A DNA stretch of 64,000 nucleotides from Squalus acanthias (Eukaryota), in assembly GCA_030390025.1 (NCBI GenBank), contig JASTWF010000326.1, forward strand, positions 62,001 to 126,000, read 5' to 3'. This document shows, one piece after another, positions 39,076 through 52,112 of the stretch. The notes below the pieces were generated by a model. That model had not been told where the DNA came from and made no database searches. It saw nothing but the letters and a program-made list of their open reading frames with translations. The position numbers were made by a program, and so were the translations under genes. Position 1 is the stretch's first letter. Every line of letters starts with the position of its first letter.

Positions 39076-40699
39076 GGGCTGGAATTTGCGGTCGGAGGCG
39101 TACCTCTGAAGTACGCCTGTGACCCGAAAATAAATTCGAACCTACCTGCCGGCTCCCGGGCTTCGGAGACTACGGATCCCAGGGACGCAGGTGGTTTGGA
39201 AGCATCCCTGGGGCCATGAGGGCCAGTTCCTTCCATCAGAAAGGAGAATTCCATTGCTGTCATTTCCGAACGGAATCCCCTAAGGACAAGCAATGGAATC
39301 CCCAAATAATTGAAGAATTTACACAATTCTAATAAAAATAAAAGTTCCAATTTTCACATTTAATTAAAAATCCCTTTAAAGAAGCATTTACATAAAAATT
39401 TAATTTTTTGAAAAATTATTTTAAATATTTTAATCTGGGCCAAAATATACATAAACTAATTTTAAATGTTTGCGGATGATTTTTAATTTTTTAATTTTTA
39501 ATTTAACATTTATATTAACCCTTACACTGGTGAAAGCAGACCCTATGCCCTACAGCGTTTGCTGTTATTACCCCTTTGAAACTGACCGCAACTTCAGGAT
39601 GTAGCGCATGCACATCAAAACGCGGAAATCCTGAAGTTGCTGTCAGTCATTCACTGTTCCGACACTGGCTGCGTTGTGCCCCTCCCCCACGCACCCCCTC
39701 CCCCGCCACAGCCAGCAATCAGTGAAATCAGTGAAACTGATGAAAACTTGGGTTTTTGTGCGGTAATATCGCTGAAAAATACATATTAAATGTTAGGCCT
39801 TGTTGGATTAGGTGTAATTAGCAGTCAATATGCTCTTAAAACCCCAAACAAATGTTATGGCCCTGAAAAACTAATTTTAATTTTATGTACAGGAAACTTT
39901 CGTTTATCCGGCACCCAAATATCCGGAATTCTCGCTTAACCGGCAAAAATCATCCTCCGAAAACTCCTCTCAAATAACCGGCAATGTTGCCGAGCCGCAG
40001 TCGAGTCTCCGCGAACGCCGAGTGCTCTGAAAACTCCCCTCAAATAACCGGCAATGTTGCCGATCCCGAGTCCGAGTCCGAGTCCGCCGATTTAGTCAGT
40101 AGGGGTACTTTTCAAAAGTGCCACTACTCGGCCACCTGGCGCTGTCGGAAGTTCGAAACACTGCAGTAGCAGGATTTGATTCTCCCGCGCTGCCTGGAGT
40201 CTCTTTGTTAAAAATAGCCTCGGTAGATATAACTCTCCGTTATCCGATACTTTCGATAAACCGGCACCACGCCGGTCCCGTCGATGCCGGATAAACGAAA
40301 GTTTCCTGTAGTGTCAATTTCTCCCTTATGATAAAAATTACAATTAAGAAACTTAAATTTTTTTTTTTAAAGTTTGTTCATGATATTTCAGGTTCAACCT
40401 TATCCCCATGTGAAAGTCCCCATCTTTGTTTTGCTCTCTAACATTTTTAAAAAGTCAGGATAAAAGCAGCTTCTCATTCCCTGGTTTCCTGTCTGTGCGA
40501 ATTCTGCAATGTGATTGGCTGCTTAGGCAGCTTGTTGATGTCACAGCACTATCGCACTAGGGAATTCCCACTACACTGCACTTAAATCAATTATGTGTCA
40601 AAAAAGGCAAACTTCTTGTCACAGAGATCACTGTGGGCAGCTTTCTTCAAGGCCAGCAGCAAATGCCTTTGCTTCACCACTGATGGCAAATTACAGGCC
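39076..40699. mobile_element. PIF/Harbinger-like non-autonomous element(s), possibly chimeric, hosting a Tigger-like MITE
   Basis: Left GGGCTGGAATTTGCG, right rc GGCCTGTAATTTGCC; left part similar to the 15855 copy, right part to the 23868 family. Confidence 0.55.
39890..40308. mobile_element. Tc1/mariner (Tigger/pogo-like) MITE
   Basis: Perfect 24-bp TIR CAGGAAACTTTCGTTTATCCGGCA; TA TSD. Confidence 0.92.
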
Positions 40700-40844
40700 A
40701 AGAAGTTTGTGGTTACATCATATTAGTTGATGAATTATTTACCTTTTTTTCCCCCCATCAGGCCTTTTGTGAAGACGTCCATGAATAGTTTAGCAAAAAT
40801 CAGTTATTTCCCTACATTACAACAGTCACAACACTTCAACAGTA

Positions 40845-41143
40845 CAGGAAACTCTTTGGTATCCGGCACGTACGGGACCGGGATGGTGTCGGTTTATTAA
40901 AAATTCCGGATAACGGAGATGTATACCTACCAAGGTACGAGAGCCCCATTACACAGCCACAGGTGCAGGAGCCCCGGTTACACGGCCACTTGTGCAGGAG
41001 TCCCTGTTACACGGCCACAGGTGCAGGAACCCCGGTTACACGGCCACTAATATACAGTAAAACTTACCTGAACCTACTCCTGAATTTTGCCGGTGAAGAG
41101 AGAATTCCGGATATTTAGGTGCCGTTTAAACGAGAGTTTCCTG
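40845..41143. mobile_element. Related Tigger-like MITE, opposite orientation, inserted in a SINE tail
   Basis: Imperfect TIR CAGGAAACTCT...CGGCAC; TA TSD; splits cttcaacagTA|cttcattggctgtaaagc. Confidence 0.88.
40941..41048 (+). repeat. 29-bp minisatellite, ~3.7 copies
   Basis: Unit gagccccggttacacggccacaggtgcag. Confidence 0.9.
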
Positions 41144-42402
41144 TACTTCATTGGCTGTAAAGCGCTTTGGAACGTTGAGAGATCGTGAAAGGCACTATAT
41201 AAATGTAAGTCTATCTACTTATTCACCAAGAGTACCTCCTGCTTTTCACTCAAAACATAATTCTAGGAGAGCGGGAAGGCTGTGGGTTAAACATTTTTCA
41301 TTCACCTCTGGGAGCAGAGTTCAAATTCAGCCGAGGCTGATAGGATGAAAGTATCCTTTAATTGCTGGCTGTAAGAAAATTCCTCGAAGAAATGGGTCTG
41401 GGCAGTCTCAATCTAGTTCCAAGTGGGCATGAACCTACAGCACCAACTGTCCCTAATTTGGCACTAATCAGCAATGAGAACAGCAAAGAAATGTCACATT
41501 GATGCAATTGGGGAAGCTCTTTTAGATTGAAGCTGTGAAATGTTGTTGGGGCAGATTAGAGAGCGCTTTACTCTGCATCTAGCTGTGCTATATCTGACCT
41601 GAAAGTGCATGATATTGATGATACTGCGGCCCATATTCTTCTCTTTCCGATGGTATTGCAGCAGGAAAGATTTTTCACCTGCACCCCCAACATCGCTGTG
41701 CCCGACCCAATATCCTGGGTCAGATGTCATTTGTTATGCAGGGTGGGCTCTCTACAACCAAGAAGAAGCCCACAACTGTAAGTCCCCATAAAATTCAGGT
41801 GGTTCAGGAGGGCCACTGCTGCACCACCTGATGAGGCAGCTCAAAATTAAAAGGAGTCCCGAAGAGAAACGGCGGATTTTTTTTTTTGACAAGACATCGG
41901 CTGAGACTGAAGCCAAACAAGTCATGTCTATTGGACCTATATGGATGGAGAGGTGGCCACTACCACCCCATCTCCTGTCCATTCAAGGACTTTGGGAACT
42001 TAACACCATTGTCTCCTTTCTTCTGGCAGTCCCTGGGGATGGTAGAGACAGCGATGGCAAGGAAGGAAATAAGCTGAGAACCCGGGCCCCTCTCACCATT
42101 ATTAGTGTCAGAGAGGAACATCATCCCTCACTTTTACAAGTATAAAAAAATATATATACTTGATACTGACAATCACTTCTGATTTTTCTGAAGCTACCTG
42201 TCTATATATGGAATAGTACGTCAATAGTAAATATATCCACCTGTTCATAGACAGTGGGAGGTCTAGCATTTTCTGTAGCAAAAGGATTACATAATCACTT
42301 TTAAGATGCAACAGATTGGAACCAGACAGTCTATCGGTTTGCCACTTAAAATAAATCGAAACCAGTCATGTCATCTTAGATGTACTTCATGTACATCTTT
42401 AT

Positions 42403-45400
42403 TGTGTTACTTGCCACTTATCAGACAAAGCCTGAATGTTGTTCAGGTCTTGCTGCAGGCGGGCATGGACTGCTTCATTATCTGAGGAGTTGCGAATGGC
42501 ACTGAACACTGTGCAGTCATCAGCAAACATCTACACTTCTGACCTTATGATGGAGGGAAGGTCATTCATGAAGCAGCTGAAGATGTTTGGGCCTAGGATA
42601 CTGCTCTGAGGAACTCCTGCAGCGATGTCCTGGAGCTGTGATGATTGGCCTCCAACAACCACAACCATCTTCCTTTGTGCTAGGTATGACTCGAGCCAGT
42701 AGAGTTTTCTCCCCCGAATTTCCATTGGCTTCAGTTTTACAAGGGCTCAGTCAAATGCTACCTTGATATCAAGGACAGTCACTCTCACCTCACCTCTGGA
42801 ATTCAGCTCTTTTGTCCATGTATGGACCAAGGCTGTAATGAGGTCTGGAGCCGAGTGGTCCTGGCGGAACCTAAACTGGGCATCAGTGAACAGGTTATTG
42901 CTGAGTAAGTACTGCTTGATAGCACTGTCAACGACACCTTCCATCACTTTGCTGATGATTGAGAGTAGACTGATGGGGCGGTAATTGGACGGATTGGATT
43001 TGTCCTGCTTTTTGTGGACAGGACATGCCTGGGCAGTTTTCTACATTGTCAGATAGATGCCAGTGTTGTAGCTGTACTGCAACAGCTTGGCTAGAGGCGC
43101 GGCTAGTTCTGGAGCACAAGTCTTCAGGACAACCGCTATGGGGCCCATAGCCTTTGCTGTATCCAGTGTGCTCAGCCGTTTCTTGATATCACGTGGAGTG
43201 AATCAAATTGGCTGAAGACTGGCGTCTGTTGGGGACTTCAGGAGTAGGCCGATATGGATCATCCACTCAGCACTTCTCGCTGAAGATGGTTGCAAACGCT
43301 TCAGCCTCATCTTTTGCATTCACGTGCTGGGCTCCGCCATCATTGAGGATGGGGATATTCATGGAGCCTCCTCCTCCTGTTAGTTGTTTAATGGTCCACC
43401 ACCATTCACGACTGGATGTGGCAGGACTGCAGAGCTTTGATCTGATCTGTTGATTGTGGGATCGCTTAGCTCTGTCTATAGCATGCTGCTTCTGCTGTTT
43501 AGCATGCATGTAGTCCTGTGTTGCAGCTTCACCAGTTTAGCACCTCATTTTTAAGTACGCCTGGTGCTGCTCCTGGCATGATCTCCTGCACTCCTTATTG
43601 AACCAGGGTTGGTCCCCTGGCTTGGTGGTAATGGTAGAGTGAGGGATATGCCGGGCCATGATGTTACAGATTGTGGTGGAATACAATTCTGCTGCTACTG
43701 ATGGCCCACAGCGCCTCATGGATGCCCAGTTTTGAGCTGCTAGATCTGTTCTGAATCTATTCCATTTAGCACGGTAGTAGTATCACACAACACGATGGAG
43801 GGTGTCCTCAGTGTGAAGATGGGACTTTGTCTCCACAATGACTGAGCGGTGGTCACTGCTACCAATGCTGTCATGGACAGATGCATCTGCGATAGGTAGA
43901 TTGGTGAGGACGAGGTCAAGTAGGTTTTTCCCTCATGTTGGTTCTCTCACCACCTGCCATGGGCCCAGTCTGGCAACTATGTCCTTCAGGACTCAGTCAG
44001 CTTGGTCAGTAGTGGTGCTACCGAGCCACTCTAGGTGATGAACATTGAAGTCCCCCCATCCAGAGTAAATTCTGTGCCCTTGCTACTCTCAATGCTTCTT
44101 CCAAGTGGTGTTCAACATGGAGGAGTACTGATTCATCAGCTGAGGGAATGCAGTAGGTGGTAATCAGCAGGAGGTTTCCTTGCCCATGCTTAACCTGAAG
44201 CCATGAGACTTCATGGGGACCAGAGTCAATGTTGAGGACTACCAGGGCCACTCCTTCACGACTGTATACCACTGTGCCGCCACATCTGGTAAACAAAGCA
44301 AACTACGTAGGTATGAGGGGCAAGTTGGCTAAGGAGGATTGGGAAACTATATTAAAAGGAATGACAGTGGACGAGCAATGGCTAGCATTTAAAGAATTAA
44401 TACATAATTTACAACATATATACATTCCTTTAAGGCACAAAAGCCCCATAGGAAAAGTGGTCCAACCGTGGCTAACAAGAGAAGTGAAAGACAGTATTAG
44501 ATCAAAGGAAAAGGCTTATAATGTTGCCAAAAAGAGTAGCAAGCCTGAGGATTGGGAGGATTTTAGAATTCAGCAAAGGAGGACCAAGAAATTGATAAAG
44601 AAAGGGAAAATAGAATATGAGAGTAAACTAGGAAGAGACATAAAGACATACAGTAAAAGCTTCTATAGGTATGTAAAAAGGAAAAGATTAGCAAAAGTAA
44701 ATATGGGTCCCTTTCAGGCTCAGACAGGAGAAATTATAATGGGGAATAAGGAAATGGCAGAGAAATTAAACAAATACTTTGTGTCTGTCTTCACGGAAGA
44801 AGATGCAAAAGCTTCCCAGAAATAGTGGAGAACCAATTCTCTAGCGAGAATGAGGAACTGAAAGAAATTAGTATTAGTAAAAAAGTAGTACTGGAAAATT
44901 AATGGGACTGAAAGCCGATAAATCCCCTGGATCTGATGGCCTACATCCTAGGGTTTTGAAAGAGTTAGCTAGCGAGAGAGTGGATGCATTGGTTGTCATT
45001 TTCCAAAATTCCATAGATTCTAGAATGGTTCCCGCAGATTGGAAGGTAGCAAATGTAACCCCACTATTTAAGAAAGGAGGGAGAGAGAAAACAGGGAACT
45101 ACAGAGCGGTTAACCTGACATCAGCAGTAGGGAAAATGCTAGAATCTATTATTAAGGACGTGGTAACAGGGCACTTAGAAAATAATAATAGGATTGGGCA
45201 GAGTCAACACGGATTTATGAAAGGGAAATCGTGTTTGACAAATCGGTTGGAGTTTTTTGAGGTTGTAACTAGCAGAATAGATAAGGGGGAAACCAGTGAA
45301 TGTGGTGTATTTGGATTTTCAGAAGGCATTCGATAAGGTGCCACACGAGAGGTTATTAAACAAATTAGGGCTCATGGGATTGGGGGTAATATACTAGCAT

Positions 45401-46865
45401 GGATTGAGGATTGGTTAACGGACAGAAAACAGAGAGTAGGGTCATTTTCAGGTTGGCAGGCTGTAACTAGTGGGGTACCGCAAGGATCAGTGCTTGGGCC
45501 TCAGCTATTCACAATCTACATCAATGATTTGGATGAGGGGACCAAATGTAATATATCCAAGTTTGCTGATGATACAAAGCTGGCTGGGAATGTAAGTTGT
45601 GAGGAGGATGCAAGGAGGCTTCAAGGGGATATAGACAGGCTAAGTGAGTGGGCAAGAACATGGTAAATGGAATATAATGTGGAGAAATGTGAAGTTATCC
45701 ACTTTGGTAGGAAAAATAGAAAAGCAGTGTATTTTTTTTAAATGGAGAGAGATTGGGAAATGTTGGTGTTCAGAGGGACCTGGGTGTCCTTGTACACGAA
45801 TCACTAAAAGTTAACATGCAGGTACAGCAAGGAATTAGGAAAGCAAATGGTATGTTGGCTTTTCTTACAAGAGGATCTGAGTATAAGAGTAAAGACGTCT
45901 TACTGCAATTATATAGGGCCCTGGTGAGACCACACCTGGAGTATTATGTACAGTTTTGGTCTCCTTACCTAAGGAAGGATATACTTACCATAGAGGGCAG
46001 ACTGGTTCCTGGGATGGGGGGATTGTCATACGAGGAGAGATTGAGTAGACTAGGCCTATATTCTCTAGAGTTTAGAAGAAAGAGAGGTGATCTCATTGAA
46101 GCATACAAAATTCTTAAAGGGCTTGACAGGTTAAATGCAGGGAGGATGTTTCCCCTGGCTGGGGAGTCTAGAACCAGGGGTCACAGTCTCAGAATAAGGG
46201 ATCGGCCATTTAGGACCGAGATGAGGAGAAATTTCTTCACTCAGAGGGTGGTGAATCTTTGGAATTCTCCACCACAGAGGGCCGTGGAGGCTCAGTCATC
46301 GAGTATATTCAAGACAGAGATTGATAGATTTTTGAATATTAAGGGCATCAAGGGATATCGGAATAGTTCAGGAAAGTGGAGATGAGGTAGAAGATCAGCT
46401 ATGATCTTATTGAATGGCGGAGCAGGCTCGAAGGACCAAATGGCCTACTCCTGCTCCTATTTCTTATGTTCTTATGTTCTGCCAGTAGAACAGGACATAC
46501 CCAGAGATGGTGATGGAGGAGTCTGGGACATTGGCTGAAAGGTATGATTCAGGCTGTTGCTTGACTAGTCTGTGGAACAGCTCTCCCAATTTTGGCACAA
46601 GTCCCCAGATGTTCGTGAGGAGTACTTTGCAGGGTCGACTGGGCTGGGTGTGCCGTTGCCGAGTTCGATGCCGGGTGGTCCGTCCAGTTTTATTCTTATT
46701 GTTTTTCGTCGCCGTTTGTTACAACTAAATAGCTTGCTAGGCCATTTCAGAGGGCAGTTAAGTGTCAAGCACATTGCTGTGGGTCTGGAGTAACATTTAG
46801 GCGAGACCAGGTAAGGACTGCAGATTTCCTTCCCTAAAGGACTTTAGTGATCCTCAGTGACATTA
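42403..46865 (-). mobile_element. CR1-clade LINE family B (5' end, APE, RT), interrupted at 44289/46481 by a CR1
   Basis: DSGPHEVSW, KLCSPATSSREWWW, DHSAPDLITAL, LDIKVAFD; sequence resumes at 46481. Confidence 0.92.
44290..46480 (+). mobile_element. CR1 LINE, 5'-truncated, nested
   Basis: ORFs 44229-44825, 44902-45336, 45753-46385; very similar to 10477-12654; tail (ttcttatg)2. Confidence 0.96.
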
Positions 46866-48940
46866 GTGCACCTCCTATTATTTGTTGATTAATACTCTGT
46901 CCAATGGTATAGCTACTGTTAAGGGGCCTATAAGCTACTCCTGCTAATATTTTCTGCCCCTCATTATTTCTTACCTCCACCCATACTGATTCTACTTCCT
47001 GATCTTGCGCGCCAAGATCCTTTCTCACTAATGTCCTTACGTCATCCTTTATCATCATCAGGGCTACCCCCTCCTCCATTTCCATTCCACCTGTCTTTTC
47101 AAAATGTCAAGCAGCCTGGAACATTTAGTTCCCAACCTTGGTCACCTTGCAACCACGTCTCTGTAATAGCTATTAGATCAAAGGCATTTATCTCGATTTA
47201 TGGAACTAATTCATCTATCTTGTTACGAATGCTTCGTGCATTCAGATAAAGAGCCTTTAATTTTAACGTTTTACCATCATTCCCTGCTTTCACCTTATTT
47301 GCTGAAGTCTCTGTCCCTTTTTGTCAGACTCTGCTTATCTTTATCCAAATCGCTACACTGCTCCATTGTCTTGACGTCTCTTTTGAGATTTCTAAATTTC
47401 CCCTCACCTGACCACTCCCCACCCCCTTTTTAGTTTAAAGCCCTATCTACAGCCCTAGTTATTCTTTTCATCAGGACACTGGTCCCAGCCCAGTTTAACT
47501 GGAGCCCGTCCCAACGGAACAGCTCCTTCTTTCCCCAGTACTGGTGTCAGTGCCCCATGAATTGAAACCCCTTCCTCCCACTCCACTCTTTGAGCCATGC
47601 ATTTAACTCTCTGATCTGCTTGTCCCTATGCCAATTTGCGCATGGCTCAGGTAGCAATCCAGAGATTATTACCTTTTCAGGTTCTGCATTTTAATTTGGA
47701 CCCTAGTGCCTCAAACTCTCAGCAGAACCTCTTTCCTCGTTGTACTTATTGTCGTTGGTTCCTACATGGACCACGACAACTGTATCCTCCCCATCCAAAT
47801 TCTTCTCCAACCGCAAGGAGATAATCTTAACCCTGGCAGGCAACACAGCCTTCGGAACTACCAGTCGCAGCTGCAGAGAACAGTATTTATCCCCCTGACT
47901 ATACTATCCCCTACCACTGCAACATTCCTTTTCACTCCCTCACTTGAATGGCCTCCTGTACCACGGTGTCGTGGTCAGTTTGCTCATCAAGCCTGCAGAC
48001 TTTGTCCTCATCCACACAGGCAGCAAGAACCTCATACCTGTTGGATAAGGGCAAAGGCCGAGGCTCCTCCAGTACTGCATCTGGGATCACCTTACCTGCC
48101 TGAGTTGCAGTCACACCCTCCTGTCCCTGACCACTAAGCAGATCTGTACCACTACCTAACCTAAGGGGTGTGACTGCCTCCTGAATCAATGTGTCCAGGT
48201 AACTGTCCCCTCCCTGATACCCTGCAATGTCTGCACCTCGGACTCCAGGTCAACAACTCTGAGCTGAAGGTCAGACACTTACTGCAGACGTGGTTGTCCA
48301 TAGATGCTTTCCATAGACTCCCACATGCTGCAGTTGTGGCACACCACCTGCTCTGCCATCCCTATATAACCTTGTTTTATTTATTTAATTAAATTTAATG
48401 AATTTAATTAAGTTAGCTTACAGTTTCATTTTTTAAACTAACTACTAGATCTAGCTTAAGTTATTGGTCGATGAAAATAAGTATTTACCTGTAACACAAA
48501 CCATTGGAGGCTAAAATAAGCACCTCCTCCCCGCTCTGCTCTGAATTCCCACTCTCTCTAAATTCCCAACTTTAACACTCTGTTTAAGCGCTCTCCTTTT
48601 AAGACCACTCTGTGCGTCAGCAGATAGTGTTTACGTTTATACACCTTCGAGCCACACCCAAGTTCCAAGTGCTGACTCAGCTCCCTGCTCACAGTAATTA
48701 GCACCTATTCAAGACAAACACTTACAGCTGATTGACCGTTAACTGCCACTGTCTGGCAGTTTCTGTTAACTACCGTTTTTAAAGTTATAAGTTGAATTCA
48801 AAATGTTGAACTAAATTTCACTTTTTACAGCTAGTACTCACCCAGACTCATCCAGTACTTACCAGAGACTTCCACTCTCTCCAAATTCCCAACTTTAACA
48901 CTCTGTTTAGAAGCACTCCATTTAAGACCACTCAAGAAAA
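46866..48940 (-). mobile_element. CR1 LINE 5' part (5' UTR, ORF1, APE start)
   Basis: PLSNRYEVL (ORF1), esterase region similar to 9100-9590, ESVWVEVRN...YRPL. Confidence 0.85.
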
Positions 48941-49494
48941 GATGAAGCATAAAAAGTTTTGGTTTAACTTGTATCCCAGATCCATCTGTCTTTGTTCCTT
49001 TTTCCACACTCTTTCCCACTTCCTTTCTTGCTGCATTTTTGGAGGTGCCATCCTTTTAGATGAGACGTTCATTCTGTATATTCTGAATCAATTATAAACT
49101 AAGTAAATACTTTATATGTTTGCATAGAAGATTAGAAATTTGGGTCACTGGTGATTAAAAGCCAGAGGTACATTGTGGTAGATATTATTGTGACTCACTC
49201 TGGGCAACACACTTATCTGGTGCTGGTTTAGTTCAGATTTTCTGGACGGCACAGAGCAGGATTAAATGGAGTGGATTTGAACAGAGTGCTTTGTTTGGGA
49301 ATTTGGAGAAGAGGGACGGAGTTGTTGCTTTTTCATATTCAAGAAGAGCGACAGAGCCGTTCTTGGCAACTGCAGACTTACTAACCTGAGCTCCATAATT
49401 GGAAAACGCATGGAATCAGAAACTAAATGGGGGTGTATTTGTATTAAAATAATCTAATAAACTTTTTGGACGAGTTTGATCTTACTTGACAAAG

Positions 49495-49860
49495 AAAGGA
49501 AGTACTTGTATTTATATAGTGCCTTTCAGAACCTCAAGGTGTCCTAAAGTGCTTTACAGCCAATGAAGAATTTTTTTTTTGAAGTGTAGTCACTGTTTTA
49601 ATGTAGGAAACGTGACAGCCAATTTGCGCACAGCAAGGTCCCACAAATAGCAATGTGATAATGACCAGAAAATCTGTTATACTGATGTTGGTTGAGGGAT
49701 AAATAATGGCCAGAACACAGAGGAGAACTTCCCTGCTCTTCTTTGAAATAGTGTCATGGAATCTTTTACGTCCACCTGAAAGGGGAGACAGGGCCCAAGT
49801 TTAATGTATCATCCGAAAGACGGCACCTTCAGCAGGGCAGCACTCCCTCAACTACTGCAC
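49495..49860 (-). mobile_element. Deu-domain SINE body and tail
   Basis: aaagtgctttacagccaatgaag...gaagtgtagtcactg...cagcactccctca, shared with other copies. Confidence 0.7.
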
Positions 49861-50659
49861 ATGACTAACCAGAGTTACTTGAGGAGCTCCTGTTCCTACT
49901 TTACACGGACTTGGACTTTCGGTCTCGACAGAAGGTGGTTAAATCATACAAAGATTTCAACAGGGTTTGCACGTGGACTGATGTTTAAAATGGACAAGTG
50001 CAAGGTGCTGCATGTTGGAAGTAAAAATAAGAGGTAATTGTTGTGAGGAAAGAGGATAGAACTTAAGGCAGTATCTGAATCAAGGAGCTAGTTGGTTAGC
50101 TCATCCCTCATTGTGTCCAAACATTGTGAGGCAGAAATGAATAAAGCAAACAATGTTGGGTGATATTGCCAAACCAATTGAATTCAAATCCTGAGAAGTC
50201 ACGCTGAATCTGTGCAGTGCTCTGCTCAGGCCGCACCTGCTGTATTACTAATATTCTTGTTGCCATGACAGGGTGGGGGGGGGATTTCCAGCTCTGGAGT
50301 TGGTGCATAAGAGGGCAACCAAGTGCTGCAAGGATGATGAGATAAATTAGAGCTCTCAACCTCAAAAAGAAGTGTTTGCAGAGGGGACATTATAGAGGCA
50401 TGCAAGATACTTAATGGGATAGAACTAATTGCCAGAACATTTTTTTCCCCCAGATAGGTCACCAGTTCAGTGGCAGAAAGGAGCAGTGGTTCATGGTTTA
50501 GAACAGCAAGGCTAATGAATAGCTGAAACAGATTACCAGGAAGGGTCCTGATCCTGAGGTCAAATAAGAAACAGCCAGACCCTGTAATGGGAAGACTGTG
50601 TTTTGTATTCTGGAAAACTGAGCTCATACGAGCAAAGGGGCCTTTTTCATTCAAACCTA

Positions 50660-50845
50660 CTTCGTGATCTTGCAGCGTAACAAGAGCAGGAAATTGGCAA
50701 GCCATGTGGAGCTGTTTTTTGCTGTTGCATTTCCTGTCCAGTTTAAAAAAAAACATTTCCGCCATACAGGAAAGACATATAATGATCGAGAGATTTTGGT
50801 AAGTATTCTACGGGTTTCTAGCTGAATGAATGATGCATTCCCTTG
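50660..50845 (-). pseudogene. PKD1-like extracellular exon remnant
   Basis: VFPVWRKCFFL resembles PKD1 YALWREFLF; four N-X-S/T sequons (NAS, NWT, NAT, NSS); donor AA|gtaggt. Confidence 0.4.
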
Positions 50846-51689
50846 CAGCAGACTTACACATGGAGGGATGTATAATTGCTTTGTTTCTCTCCACCCGATC
50901 CCCCACAATAATGTATTTGTTGCAGATCAGCTGTAATGCCTATTAGTGCTGTTCTGCAACACTCTCATCTCAGTGATAAAATAAACTTCAGCCTAGACTG
51001 ACAAAGGACTAGAAATAAGCCTGAGTGCTTGCCTTTTCAGCAAGAGAATGGTATGTGTTGCAAGAAGAAATCAGAGGTGAGAGAAACAAAATGATTTTAA
51101 AAGTAACACATCAAAGCATGCTGGAAAATATTGTGCAAAATACATTTTTAATTTGGATATTCTTTAAAAAAGGAGTTTTAAAACATTTGAGATTCTTATA
51201 TCAGTATCATATATTGGGAAGTGATTACTATATTTTGTTGATTATTTTGTATTAACATACAAGATAATGCAATTTACATTGTGACATAATTCATGTGGGA
51301 AACTATTACTACTTTTCCTTGCACAACATTAATATACGGCCCATATTAACGATGCATCTTTAATGTTCGACCATTGACAGACACATTACACAGTTTAAAA
51401 AAAATATATGCACCAACTAGATGACTTCAGAACATCTTCCTTTCTCAAACAGTATTTACTAAATAAACTAACAGCTAGCAGCAACAGGAAGATTTTTTTT
51501 TATGGCTGACAACTATAGATCTAAGGAGGCCATATTGTTTAGTTAAGTGCCTCATAAATACTTGGTTAATAAATTATCTTCTTGGGTAGCATGATAGTGC
51601 AGGGAGCCTTAATACGAAGTGCTGTGGAGTGCTCGAAAAAAAAGTTCATTTCTGTGCATCAACCATATCAACACCTACTGGAGCAGTGA

Positions 51690-52112
51690 AAGAGGCTGGG
51701 TATCTATGACCAGTGGTTCATCTTGTGACCCCTCACCACCATCTACAAGGCTGAAGTTAGTGTGCTAAAAATGCTCACCGCTCACCTGGATGGGTGCAGA
51801 TAGAGTGATACTCAAGAAGCTCATCATCTTGGATACAGCAATTCACTTGATCATTGCATCTGCTACTGGACTCTGTTCAGCCCCTCCCTCGTCAGTGCAC
51901 TATGGCTGTATTATGTACTATCTACAGAATGCACTGCAGCAACTCACCAATGTAACTTCAGCAACAGCCTGATCTCTATCAACAAGAGCAGCAAGGTCAT
52001 GGGAATATCATCATCTGCAAACTCTTCAAGTCACCCACCATCCCGACTAGATATCATTGTTCCTTTATGATCACTGGGTCACAATGTTCAATTCTCTGCC
52101 TAACACCATTGT
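51690..52112 (+). mobile_element. Degenerate LINE family B 3' fragment
   Basis: caccatctacaagg, ctcaagaagctc, gcactgcagcaactcaccaa shared with 29880-30280. Confidence 0.7.

Noticed and set aside
40128..40145. CTCF-like motif gccacctggcgc
   Set aside because: Only a partial match and inside a MITE.
40941..41048. CRISPR-like 29-bp repeats
   Set aside because: Units are contiguous with no unique spacers, no cas genes, eukaryotic context.
41831..42145. 104-aa ORF
   Set aside because: No recognisable motif or splice support.
50226..50765. 179-aa minus-strand ORF
   Set aside because: Mostly antisense read-through of a decayed CR1 fragment.
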